This document shows, piece by piece, positions 1-10,545 of a stretch of 64,000 nucleotides of DNA. Both the position numbers and the translations under genes were made by a program. The notes under the pieces were generated by a model. That model did no database searches. It saw nothing but the letters and a program-made list of their open reading frames with translations, and had not been told where the DNA came from. Position 1 is the stretch's first letter. Each line of letters opens with the position of its first letter. The DNA is taken from contig NC_043001.1 in assembly GCF_006345805.1 (NCBI RefSeq), positions 124,930,001 to 124,994,000 of the forward strand, read 5' to 3'. The DNA comes from Octopus sinensis. Lineage: Eukaryota.

Positions 1-345
1 TCATGCATCAGTGACTGTTACGTTTTCATCTCATATAAAATATATGTACAGCTTTCATGTTATATTAAATATATGTATGTTCTATACATTGGTTGTGTCA
101 CATACATTGTTTGCATGAAATTATATGATATCACTATCGTCAACTCTGATTTCTATCGCAATTTGCTTTCAATTTTTAGGACAATTTACTCCCACTTTTT
201 TTACGATGGCAAACTGCATGTTAATCCCTGTCAAGTACTAGCATCGATTCTACTGTTTCTCTCTTTCTTGTTCCCTTTCTCATTCAGGATTGGTTACTCT
301 GCGAGAAGAATGTGGAGCACCATTCACAATACAGTGGATGGAAGC

Positions 346-721
346 ACTCCGTCGGTTACGACGATGAGAGATCGGTTGATCCAATAAACGGAACAGCCTG
401 CTCGTGAAATTAACGTGTAAGTGGCTGAGCACTCCACAGACACGTGTACCCTTAACGTAGTTCTCGGGGATATTCATCGTGACACAGAGAGTGACAAGGC
501 CGGCCCTCTGAAATACAGGTACAACAGAAACTGGAAGTAAGGGTGGGAGAAAGTTGTGGTGAAAGAGTACAGCTGGGATCACCACCATCCCCTGCCGGAG
601 CCTCGTGGAGCTTTAGGTGTTTTCGCTCAATAAACACTCACAACGCCCGGTCTGGGAATCGAAACCGCGATCCTACGACCGCGAGTCCGCTGCCCTAACC
701 ACTGGGCCAAAGCGCCTCCAC
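346..721 (-). mobile_element. tRNA-derived SINE, family A (full length)
   Basis: Minus strand starts with a tRNA-like head containing A-box-like TGGCCCAGTGG and B-box-like GGTTTCGATTCC; near-identical copies at 1339, 3871 and 57672. Confidence 0.85.
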
Positions 722-1094
722 ACACAATACAGTATCACTTCCATCGAAGATAAACGCACTCATTCTATAGTAAAGAAAGAATCTAATTACTTAGGTTCTG
801 CCGGGGCATGACACAATGATGACGATGATACAAACACACACATATATACTTAGATGCATAGTTATTAGTTTTAAAACAGTTGATCTATTACACTGTGTAA
901 CAACTTTTATTCTTTGATCAGTAAGTGTTATTTCCTATTTGCTTCGAACTAAAAATCAAAGAAAATTGCTATTCCCTTCAAACTTTGCTTTTGTGACCTG
1001 GATATCAATACTTTGAAATTTTGAAACTGATCTATTTTCCATTACATTTCAAACAGATTCAGTACTGAGTTGCTGAAGCAGAAATATCGTTATA

Positions 1095-1245
1095 GTAAAT
1101 ATTCTGCTCAATACCACAAATTTGCTTGTCAGTTATTTGATGTTAACAGCTTGAACATGCCGCTTAGTGGCCGACAATATGTGCAGCTCTGATCATGACC
1201 AGGAGTAATAGGAAAGCATCATAACCTTGTATTAAGAGGGATTCT
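1095..1245 (+). repeat. Diverged dispersed repeat core shared with 54415-54568 (opposite strand)
   Basis: aaatattctgctcaataccacaaatttgcttgtc... matches the reverse complement of ...gacaagcaaatctgtgatattgagcagaatattt. Confidence 0.6.
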
Positions 1246-1338
1246 TTGGAGCTTGAATAAATGTAACAAAAGCAAAGTTTGAAGAAAATATTAGCCATTT
1301 TTCATACCGTCTGGGGGTGATCAAACAGGAAATAACAG

Positions 1339-1681
1339 TTGAATCAACGGAACAGCCTGCTCGTGAAATTAATGTGTAAGTGGCTGAGCACTCCACAGAC
1401 ACGTGTACCCTTAACGTAGTTCTCGGGGATATTCAGCGTGACACAGAGAGTGACAAGGCCGGCCCCTTAAAATACAGGTACAACAGAAACAGGAAGTAAG
1501 AGTGAGAGAAAGTTGTGGTGAAAGAGTACAGCAGGGATCACCACCATCCCCTGCCGGAGCCTCGTGGAGCTTTTAGGTGTTTTCGCTCAATAAACACTCA
1601 CAACGCCCGGTCTGGGAATCGAAACCGCGATCCTATGACTGCGAGTCCGCTGCCCTAACCACTGGGCCATTGCGCCTCCAC
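1339..1681 (-). mobile_element. SINE family A (3' end slightly short)
   Basis: High identity to 346-721, including the tRNA head. Confidence 0.85.
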
Positions 1682-2109
1682 ACAGTGTAATTGTACTGAG
1701 GTAGGATAAAGAAAAATTGTTTTGTTTTTTCTTTCTCTTTGTAATAAGCTATAAATAGCAATTGCAATTAAAAGGTAAGGTTGAGTGGTGGGGAATTTAC
1801 CAGGAATATGGTACACAGGCAAAAGCATTGTTTCTTACCTTTTATCTTTTTATCTTTTATTTGTTTCAGTCATTGGAGTAAGGTCATGCTGGAGCATCGC
1901 TTTGAAGGGTTTGGGCCAACAAATCGCCCCCAGGGCTTTTTCGATTTTTTTTCTGACTGGTGCTTATTACTTTTAGCCGAACTGCAAAGTTATGGAGACG
2001 TAAAGAAACCAACACCGGTTGTCAAGCAGTGGTGGTGGACAAAGGCATCACAAACACAAAGAAACACACACACACACATATACATATGTACATATCTATC
2101 TATCTCTCT

Positions 2110-2173
<64 letters not shown>

Positions 2174-2238
2174 TGGTAAAAACGATAAGATAACAAAAGA
2201 AAGAAAGAGACCTCAATATTATGAAAATAGAGGAAATT

Positions 2239-2426
2239 ATCTGTAAAATAATATGTGACAATTATTCAATAGCCAGGATAAAACTCTGAGTTTCGGATGC
2301 CGAGGTGGAAATCCACAACACCATCTCTTCGATAACCGAAGAGATGGTGTTGTGGATTTCCACTCGGCATCCGAAACTCAGAGTTTTATCTTGGCTATTG
2401 AATAATTGTCACATATCATTTTACAG

Positions 2427-2428
<2 letters not shown>
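2239..2428. repeat. Foldback inverted repeat (~92-bp arms) between (TA)n tracts
   Basis: 2239-2331 is the reverse complement of 2337-2428 with few mismatches. Confidence 0.9.
2331..2390 (+). ncRNA. Type I hammerhead ribozyme-like motif (CCGAAGA core variant)
   Basis: Stem I GATAA/TTATC; core CCGAAGA; stem II GATG...CATC; GAAAC-TCAGA-GTT (NUH site). Confidence 0.6.
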
Positions 2429-2463
<35 letters not shown>

Positions 2464-3275
2464 TTTAATTATTTTAATGTCTTCACTTGTAGGATCGCAG
2501 CTATGCTGGAGCACCTTCTTAATTGATTTTCTTTCAGTTTTCTTGTTTTATGACTGGAAATTGGTCTACGATTGAGTTTCTAGTAGTCTTTCGTGTTTTG
2601 ACAAGGCGGGTTTTTGTACATTTTAACACTGTGGTTGGGAAACAATCTGGTCCAGATGCTGAGTTTGGATTTATGTCATTCATAGCTGCAAGTATATTAT
2701 CTTCCTTAATTTCTAAATGTGTCTTTGCAGCTGAATTATAAGGATCATGTGACAGGCTTCTTTCAGTTTCCGCTTACCAAATTTACTCACAAGGCTTTGG
2801 TCGGCCCGGGGCTAAAATACAAGATACTTACCCAAGGTTTCATACAATAGAGCTGAACGCAGGATCACATGGTTAGGAATGAACCTTCTCCACACGACCA
2901 CGCCTGCAGCTGTTCTTATGTATCAAAACAACAATGGACAAACGAATTTCGTCTCAGTCACGCCCTTACAGTTGACTCTAAAGAGAAACGATACATTCGT
3001 ATCACATAGCCTACCACCAACCAACCAACCAACAGTGAAGTAGATTTCTTCAACTATACATATATCCACAGCTACACATTTCTAGGTTAATAACCCTTCC
3101 CTAATAAATCATCTACCACAACCGGCTCACTTTTCTTATCATATCCTGACGCTCACTAAACCACAAATATGTGGAAGTATAGCCTTTTCTCTGTAAATAG
3201 CCGCAATCATGGTTACTGTTGCTGCTGTTACTTTTGCTGCTGCTGCTGTTGCTGCTGCTACTGTTGTAGTAATTT

Positions 3276-3511
3276 AATACCTATTTCTTAATTACCCACA
3301 AGGGGCTAAACACAGAGGGGACAAACAAGGACAGACATAGGTATTAAGTCGATTATATCGACCCCAGTGCGTAACTGGTACTTAATTTATCGACCCCGAA
3401 AGGATGAAAGGCAAAGTCGACCTCGGCGGAATTTGAACTCACAACGTAACGCAGACGAAATACCGCTAAGCATTTCGCCCGGCGTGCTAACGTTTCTGCC
3501 AGCTCGCCGCC
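3276..3511 (-). mobile_element. tRNA-derived SINE, family C (MetaSINE-like central domain), 15-bp TSD
   Basis: B-box-like GAGTTCAAATTCC; central GCCTTTCATCCTTTCGGGGTCGATAAATTAAGTACCAG; tagtaatttaatacc duplicated at 3267-3281 and 3512-3526. Confidence 0.85.
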
Positions 3512-3825
3512 TAGTAATTTAATACCATGTCAGCCTTGCCTGAGCAGGCCTATGATCAAAAGTAATCTAACCTAGACTACGTTCTTCTCTCTGGTATTGC
3601 ATGTCTAGGATTACACAAGAATATAGGATTTAAATTAAAGGAAACTTGGTTGTCTAACAGGATAAGTGACCATGCACAAGCTCCCTCAGTAGTTTGTGAG
3701 TCAGCTAGATTCAGTTCGTTTCTCAATCAATGCTTTGTGAATGAATTTGGTCGACAGACACTGTGTGGAAACCTGTCGTATATTTATTGTGTACACATGT
3801 ATTATATCTATATACATATCTATAC

Positions 3826-3863
<38 letters not shown>

Positions 3864-3870
3864 TCATGGT

Positions 3871-4088
3871 ACTCCGTCGGTTACGACGACGAGGGGTTCC
3901 AGTTGATCCGATCAACGGAACAGCCAGCTCGTGAAATTAACGTGCAAGTGGCTGAGCACTCCACAGACACATGTACCCTTAACGTAGTTCTCGGGGAGAG
4001 TCAGCGTAACACAGAGTGTGAGAAGGCTGGCCCTTTGAAATACAGGTACAACAGAAACAGGAAGAAAGAGTGAAAGTTGTGGTGAAAG
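3871..4088 (-). mobile_element. SINE family A, 3' portion only
   Basis: Matches 346-560; lacks the head. Confidence 0.8.
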
Positions 4089-4140
4089 TGTGAATATATA
4101 TATATTTATATATATATATATATATTTATACACACACAGA

Positions 4141-4499
4141 TATATGCGTGTGCGTGTGTGTGTGTTTGCTCCATCCAATATTGCGTGACAATCGGTGCCG
4201 GTTTGTTTACGTCACCGTAACCTGGCAGTTTAGCAAAAAAAGACAAACGGAACAAGAACCGGGCTTAAAATTAAAGTACTAAGGTCGATTTGTTCGACTA
4301 AGATCAAGGTGTTGCCCCAGCATGATCACAGTCCGAAAAATGAAACCAGTGAAAACAATCAAAAAAAGAAAAAAAAGGTCAGGTTTGAATTGAAACCGCA
4401 GCAGCGGTTTCACCTCGCGAGGATATCGCCACTTGCGACAGGTTACCTGCTACAGAAACCGCCGAAGTCCGCCGTTGAATTAATATATATCAAACAAAT

Positions 4500-4547
<48 letters not shown>

Positions 4548-4606
4548 CACATACACATATATTTATATATATTTATATATAGACACATACACACACACAC
4601 ACACAC

Positions 4607-4639
<33 letters not shown>

Positions 4640-5003
4640 TACACATACATATGCGTGTGTGTGTGTGTAGTTGCTCCATCCAATATTGCGTGACAATCGG
4701 TGCTGGTTTGTTTACGTCACCGTAACCTGGCAGTTTAGCAAAAATAGACAAACAGAACAAGAACCGGGCTTAAAATTAAAGTACTAAGGTCTATTTGTTC
4801 GACTAAAATCAAGGTGTTGCCCCAACATGGTCACAGTCCGAAGAATGAAACCAGTGAAAACAATAAAAAAAAAAAGGTCAGGTTTGAATTGAAACCGCAG
4901 CAGCGGTTTCACCTCGCGAGGATATCGCCGCTCGCGACAGGTTACCCGCTACAGAAACCGCCGAAGTCCGCCGTTTAATTAATATATATCAAACAAATAG
5001 ACT
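4141..5003. repeat. Tandem duplication of ~365 bp separated by a (TA/CA) microsatellite
   Basis: 4141-4503 and 4629-5003 are nearly identical: a diverged SINE-B 3' half plus a CpG-rich segment. Confidence 0.9.
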
Positions 5004-5924
5004 GAATACAAACTGTTTACTTTAAAGTATATTACTTCAGTCATTAAATAGCAGTTTGTTTATAGAATTCCTTCGAGAATACGTCGACTTTACTTGCTCG
5101 TTTATAGAATAAGTTTTGTAAAGGCCAATTTAAATATACTAACCTATCAACACACTGGTACGTATAAAAATAATTTGATCGTTTCAATGCTTATATATTT
5201 CCCCACTCACAACATTTGCTTTTATATTTCAATATTTATTGCAATAATAAAATTATTTATATTTATAAATATGTTTATTTTTATCTTTATATTTTATTTT
5301 TTTCCTGATTATTTCCAACACTTTCTTGTGAATTTCTCAGGAAAAATATATCTTAACTTAATTTTACATCCCGCATAAAAATCTACGATTCAATTCCATT
5401 GGTTCTGTAATTAACTTGCTGTTTGACTAAGGCAGATTTTTCACTCAACGACAACAACAACAACAACAAAAACATTATTTATTGTCATCATCATCATCGA
5501 CACCATTGTCCTCATCATTGTCGTTGTCGTTGTTGTTGTCATCGTCATCATCATCATCATCATCAACAATATTATATTGTGGTTTTTAAGCTTCGTTTTG
5601 CTTTTGAATAACAAAAGGGAAAATAAAATAACTATTACTCAATGCGAATTCATTTCTCGATTGCAAGTTTGAACTGCTGAATACAAACAACAAAAAAAAA
5701 CAGAAATCATAAAGAAAACCTGTTAAATTGAGGTGAGTGGAGAACAAAGGAGTAAATAGGGAAGGCTTTTTTAGGTGACATTTGTGAGAATTATAATTGT
5801 TAATAAAGGGAGTAGTTTGAGAAATTGCTGACAGGCGTGCTGTTAAATATGTCACAAGAGAAATTAATTGAAAAATCTTTATTGTGCACTATCCATAAAT
5901 GCACAGACACCCACTTCTAGTCAC

Positions 5925-5993
5925 ACACACGCATACATACATGCATATATGTATATATATATTATATATGCATATTATATATATAATATATAT

Positions 5994-6072
<79 letters not shown>

Positions 6073-6074
6073 TA

Positions 6075-6110
<36 letters not shown>

Positions 6111-6221
6111 TGTATGTATGTATGTATATTTATAATGCATATGTATACGTATATATGTACATACATGTGAGTGTGTGTCTGCATAAATGTGTATATGTGC
6201 ATATATATATAATACATATAT

Positions 6222-6295
<74 letters not shown>

Positions 6296-6345
6296 AAGAA
6301 AGAAAGAGAGAGACAGAGAGGGAGAGAGAGACAGGCAGACAGACA
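5925..6345. repeat. Compound (TA)n/(TATG)n/(GA)n microsatellite
   Basis: Directly visible. Confidence 0.95.
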
Positions 6346-7544
6346 GAGGATTAGAGGTTTTCATAAGTTTCAAACTAAGTAGAGTATTCTTATCCGAAGA
6401 TGGGGGAGGGGGAATAGGTGCGTGAGTGTGTGAGTGTAAGTGCATTGTGATAAAATGGACACAAGGTGTAAATCAAGGATTTTTCCTCTGCAGCCACAAA
6501 ATGAGGTTTATCAGACTTGTTTCAGCACTTATTAACACCTCATCAGAAATCAGCTATTCAATCCGCTTTGCAAAGGTTGTATGTGAGCATATCATTTGTA
6601 TACGTGCATATAATATTATACACCAACGTAGTTCTTTCCGAATGTGCGGATTCGTAATTAACAGGCAGTCAGAGAAAATTACAGGCAGTCAGAGAAAATT
6701 CACTCGATTTATTTGAACTACATAAAAATGTGGGTGTTGGCAACTTGATTTAATACCCTTGTGAGAGCGTGTTTCTGGTGAACAGAAGTTTAGCCACGCA
6801 GTATAAAAAAAGAATATATTTCATATCTATATATATATATATAACATAAAGAAAGATAGTTCGCTTCAACCACTCGCGTGAGTAAAATCTTGAACAAAGC
6901 TGCATAGGAATGTCTGCCTTGGATGAATATGTGCTGCAAATGAATCAGCTAAATGCACATAAATGCCATATCAAATGATACTAGAGCACTTATGCAGCAG
7001 AAACACGTGTAATCATTGGAATTTAATGCGAATAATACCGTAATAAATAAATTTTGAAGGCTTATATTATTCATTCTTCTTTACAATGCCTTGGCTATGT
7101 ATGTATGTGAATGTATGTATATGAATGTGTGTGTGTGTGTACGTTTTTGTAGGTATATAATATATGTATGAGTTTAGCACATCTTTAATGACCAGTTATA
7201 ATTGCTTCTGTATCACTCTGTTTTAACGCCATTGCCTGCAAAAGTTCACTGTGAAAAGTTACGTAATGTTTGCGGTTTTAAGCTCTAACGTGGCATTTCA
7301 TCAGACTTACTTCAAAATGTGCTCTTTTAGATTGTGTATCAGCCAAATGCTATATTTTGTTAATATCGTGAGAAAACAAGAAGTATAAATATAGATAAAA
7401 CTTAAATTGTGAAACGGGGAATAGGCCATAAATAATAGCAATACCAAAACAGATAATATTAAGGCGTTGTGCAAACCGCGCTCAACTTAGAACACTGTCA
7501 GCGATGGTCATGCTCAACTAAGGAGTATATAGCCATCATGTATG

Positions 7545-7830
7545 TATGTATGTATGTATGTATGTATGTATGTTTGCCTTTGTTAGGGCATCCTTCTAGG
7601 AGAAGGTAACTCAGGTAACTGGGATAACTCCGACATAAAACCTGCGGCTCAGTAGTTACCGATGATGTTGATTTGTTCTTCTTTTCGGATTATGGCTGCT
7701 GTTGCTTAGTGAGTGGGATTGACTCAGTGCACAGCCTTTCCTCACTTTAAAAAATCTTCTTGCACAGGCATTGCATGATAACAACATTGATTAAGCTTCG
7801 TGCAATGGCCACACACGATAACGAGGGGGC
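7545..7830 (-). mobile_element. Short non-coding retroposon-like insertion with (CATA)n tail and probable TSD
   Basis: Flanked by agccatcatgtatgta (7531) and agccaccatgtatgta (7831). Confidence 0.5.
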
Positions 7831-8775
7831 AGCCACCATGTATGTATGTACGTATGTATGTATGCATCTATGTATAATTGTAATCATACTGTTGTAAACA
7901 CCAATTCATGGCTGCATATAAATGATAAACTCAGTAGCAAAGTTCGAATTACCAATTCTCTTGTTGCTCGAATTAAAATCATTTGTCATTAATTCATAAT
8001 TTATTCATTTACTTGGAGTTATTTCTCATCGTAATGGCGAATCAAAATTTAATGTCTTTCTGTTTCACTTTAGTAGCAGAAAATCCTACTCTTTTCAGTG
8101 TAAAATGGCTAACATATTGCCAATGAAGCGAACATAATATTGTCGATATTGTTCGTGGGTTTCCATAAATCCATGTACGACTACGTCGTTTGGCAACTTC
8201 ATTACTGGATCTCTGACAGTATCATAGTATCATAGTAAATGTAAATACACCGTGGAAAAGCAAATTAATTAAGGTATTTGTCCAAATACGTCTTTTATGG
8301 ACGTACTATGTTTAAAAACACGACTATATCAGTAGCAGACGAAAATAATTCCATAGTAACTGTTAGAATTCTCGGTAGACATTTCTACATTTTTATGCTT
8401 TATCAGTAACATGTAGCCAATGCTGAACATATGCTAATACAAAAATGTCATATATATGAATATATAAGTATGCATATATATAAGTATACATTTATGTACA
8501 TATAAATATACATATAAAGGCTAACCAATAATAAAAACAAAAACAACAAAAGTCAGAAAGTTGGGTTGACGCTCAGTTTAAGATGGAAAGAAGAAATGGT
8601 GTGACGTTTCGAACATGGCTTTTCCTCAGAAAGAGAAAAGGGGTAAAGCCTGGAGAGAAGGAAAATAATAGTCCGAGAAAAGCACGTATACGTATGCGTT
8701 TGTGGATGTATACATGTATGTTTATTCTACTATGTAGATGTGTGTATGTGTATGCATATATATATATATTATAAT

Positions 8776-8818
<43 letters not shown>

Positions 8819-9037
8819 TTAATCAATTTAGGGTAGCAAAAAATTGAGTAAAAATTTATCGCTACCAGCGGCCAATGGAAAAGAGAAAATAGTCAAAGAC
8901 TAAATATGTATAAATATAACAATTTAGGAATGGCCTGAACAGGCCATTCGTCCACCAGAAAGAGCAGCCATAACTCCAACCGCCAAGTAGTGTAATTCGG
9001 AAATAAGGTGAAAATTTAAAACATTTACCCTAATTCA

Positions 9038-9138
9038 TCTTTTATACGATGCATCGTTTCGGTGTCTTTAATGATAGACCAGCTTAATTAAATTAAATTA
9101 AGCTAGTCTACCATAGGTCACACTTCATCAGTAAAAAA
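9038..9138 (-). ncRNA. Type I hammerhead ribozyme (unit 1)
   Basis: Minus strand: TTTTTTA-CTGATGA-stem II-GAAAC-GATGCATC-GTA-TAAAAGA; predicted cleavage between 9045 and 9044. Confidence 0.8.
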
Positions 9139-9509
9139 CCTGGGAGAGACGGATACACGAGGCTACTGTATCAATGCCTCGGGAATATCTGTCTTAAAAT
9201 TTTCAAGACCAACGCATTCGCGCCAAACTTATCGGCAGCAAATATAAACTGCCGATTCAATCTCAGAATTAGTCAGAAAATTATCAATTAATCAATTTAG
9301 GGTAGCAAAAAATTGAGTAAAAATTTATCGCTACCAGCGGCCTAATGGAAAAGAGAAAATAGTCAAAGACTAATATGTATAAATATAACAATTTAGGAAT
9401 GGCCTGAACAGGCCATTCGTCCACCAGAAAGAGCAGCCATAACTCCACCGCCAAGTAGTGTAATTCGGAAATAAGGTGAAAATTTAATAAAAAAACATTT
9501 ACCTATTCA

Positions 9510-9608
9510 TCTTTTATAACGATGCATCGTTTCGGTGTCTTTAATGAGACCAGCTTAATTAAATTAATTAAGCTAGTCTACCATAGGTCACACTTCATCA
9601 GTAAAAGA
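9510..9608 (-). ncRNA. Type I hammerhead ribozyme (unit 2; 1-nt insertion at the cleavage site)
   Basis: Minus strand: TCTTTTA-CTGATGA...GAAAC-GATGCATC-GTTA-TAAAAGA. Confidence 0.7.
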
Positions 9609-9793
9609 AACCTGGGAGAGACGGATATACACGAGGCTACTGTATCAATGCCTCGGGAATAATTCTGAGATTGAATCGGCAGTTTATATTGCTGCCGATA
9701 GTTTGGCGCGAATGCGTTGGTCTTGAAATTTTAAGACAGATATTCCCGAGGCATTGATACAGTAGCCTCGTGTATATCCGTCTCTCCCAGGTT

Positions 9794-9892
9794 TCTTTTA
9801 CTGATGAAGTGTGACCTATGGTAGACTAGCTTAATTTAATTTAATAACTGGTCTATCATTAAAGACACCGAAACGATGCATCGTATAAAAGA
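9794..9892 (+). ncRNA. Type I hammerhead ribozyme (unit 3, best preserved)
   Basis: Stem I TCTTTTA(9794-9800)/TAAAAGA(9886-9892); CTGATGA 9801-9807; stem II base GTGT/ACAC; GAAAC 9870-9874; palindromic GATGCATC; GTA 9883-9885. Confidence 0.85.
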
Positions 9893-10274
9893 TGAATTAG
9901 GGTAAATGTTTTTAAATTTTCACCTTATTTCCGAATTACACTACTTGGCGGTGGAGTTTGGCTGCTCTTTCTGGTGGATGAATGGCCTGTTCAGGCCATT
10001 CCTAAATTGTTATATATATATATATATGTCTGTTGTCTGTCTATCTATCTGTCTGTCTGTCTGATTGTATGTATGTATGTATGTATGTATGTATGTATGT
10101 ATGTATGTATGTATGTATGTATGTATGTATATATATCTATATGGCGATCTTCCGTACAGTTTCCGTTTACTAGAACACATTCTTTGTGATGCTATAGTAG
10201 AAGGGACTGCATTGCAGAACTTAATTTGGACACATGAACTCATTAACCACACTGCCATTCCTGAAACTTAGCGT

Positions 10275-10337
<63 letters not shown>

Positions 10338-10545
10338 GAGAGAGAGAGAGAGAGTAAGTATGTTCAGTTTTATTTCAAGATTTCTTGCCAATAGAGAAAG
10401 AGCCGATTTCTAACCTAAATCCAAGGGTCCTTCATTGGAATTTCAACATCAACAATAGGGTATTTTTGTTTGTATGTATGTATGGATGTAAGTATGTATG
10501 TATGTATGTATGTATGTATGTATGTATGTATGTATGTATGTATGT

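Larger units (their letters stand above)
1850..2910 (-). mobile_element. Diverged SINE family B split at its internal microsatellite by later insertions
   Basis: 3' half at ~1850-2100 and 5' half at ~2752-2910 match family B; the (TA)n and foldback element lie between them. Confidence 0.55.
8821..10015. mobile_element. HHR-bearing 469-bp monomer array (retrozyme / PLE pseudo-LTR-like): two direct copies plus one inverted copy between (TA)n tracts
   Basis: aatcaatttagggtagc recurs at 8821 and 9290 (period 469); 9661-10015 is the reverse complement of part of unit 1; another copy at 37407. Confidence 0.85.

Noticed and set aside
6500-6556. Minus-strand CTGATGA...GAAAC-AA-GTC hammerhead core
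   Set aside because: Core nucleotides are present but stem I does not pair and stem II is almost all G-U; not supported as a ribozyme.
6661-6700. 20-bp direct duplication acaggcagtcagagaaaatt
   Set aside because: Ordinary slippage duplication with no further structure.
8598-8632. Minus-strand CTGAGGA...C-GAAAC-GTC, PLE-like HHR signature
   Set aside because: No stem I complementarity and a weak stem II; at most a remnant.
10390-10445. Possible decayed HHR (CCAATGA...GAAATCG) on the minus strand
   Set aside because: No NUH site or stem I in register.
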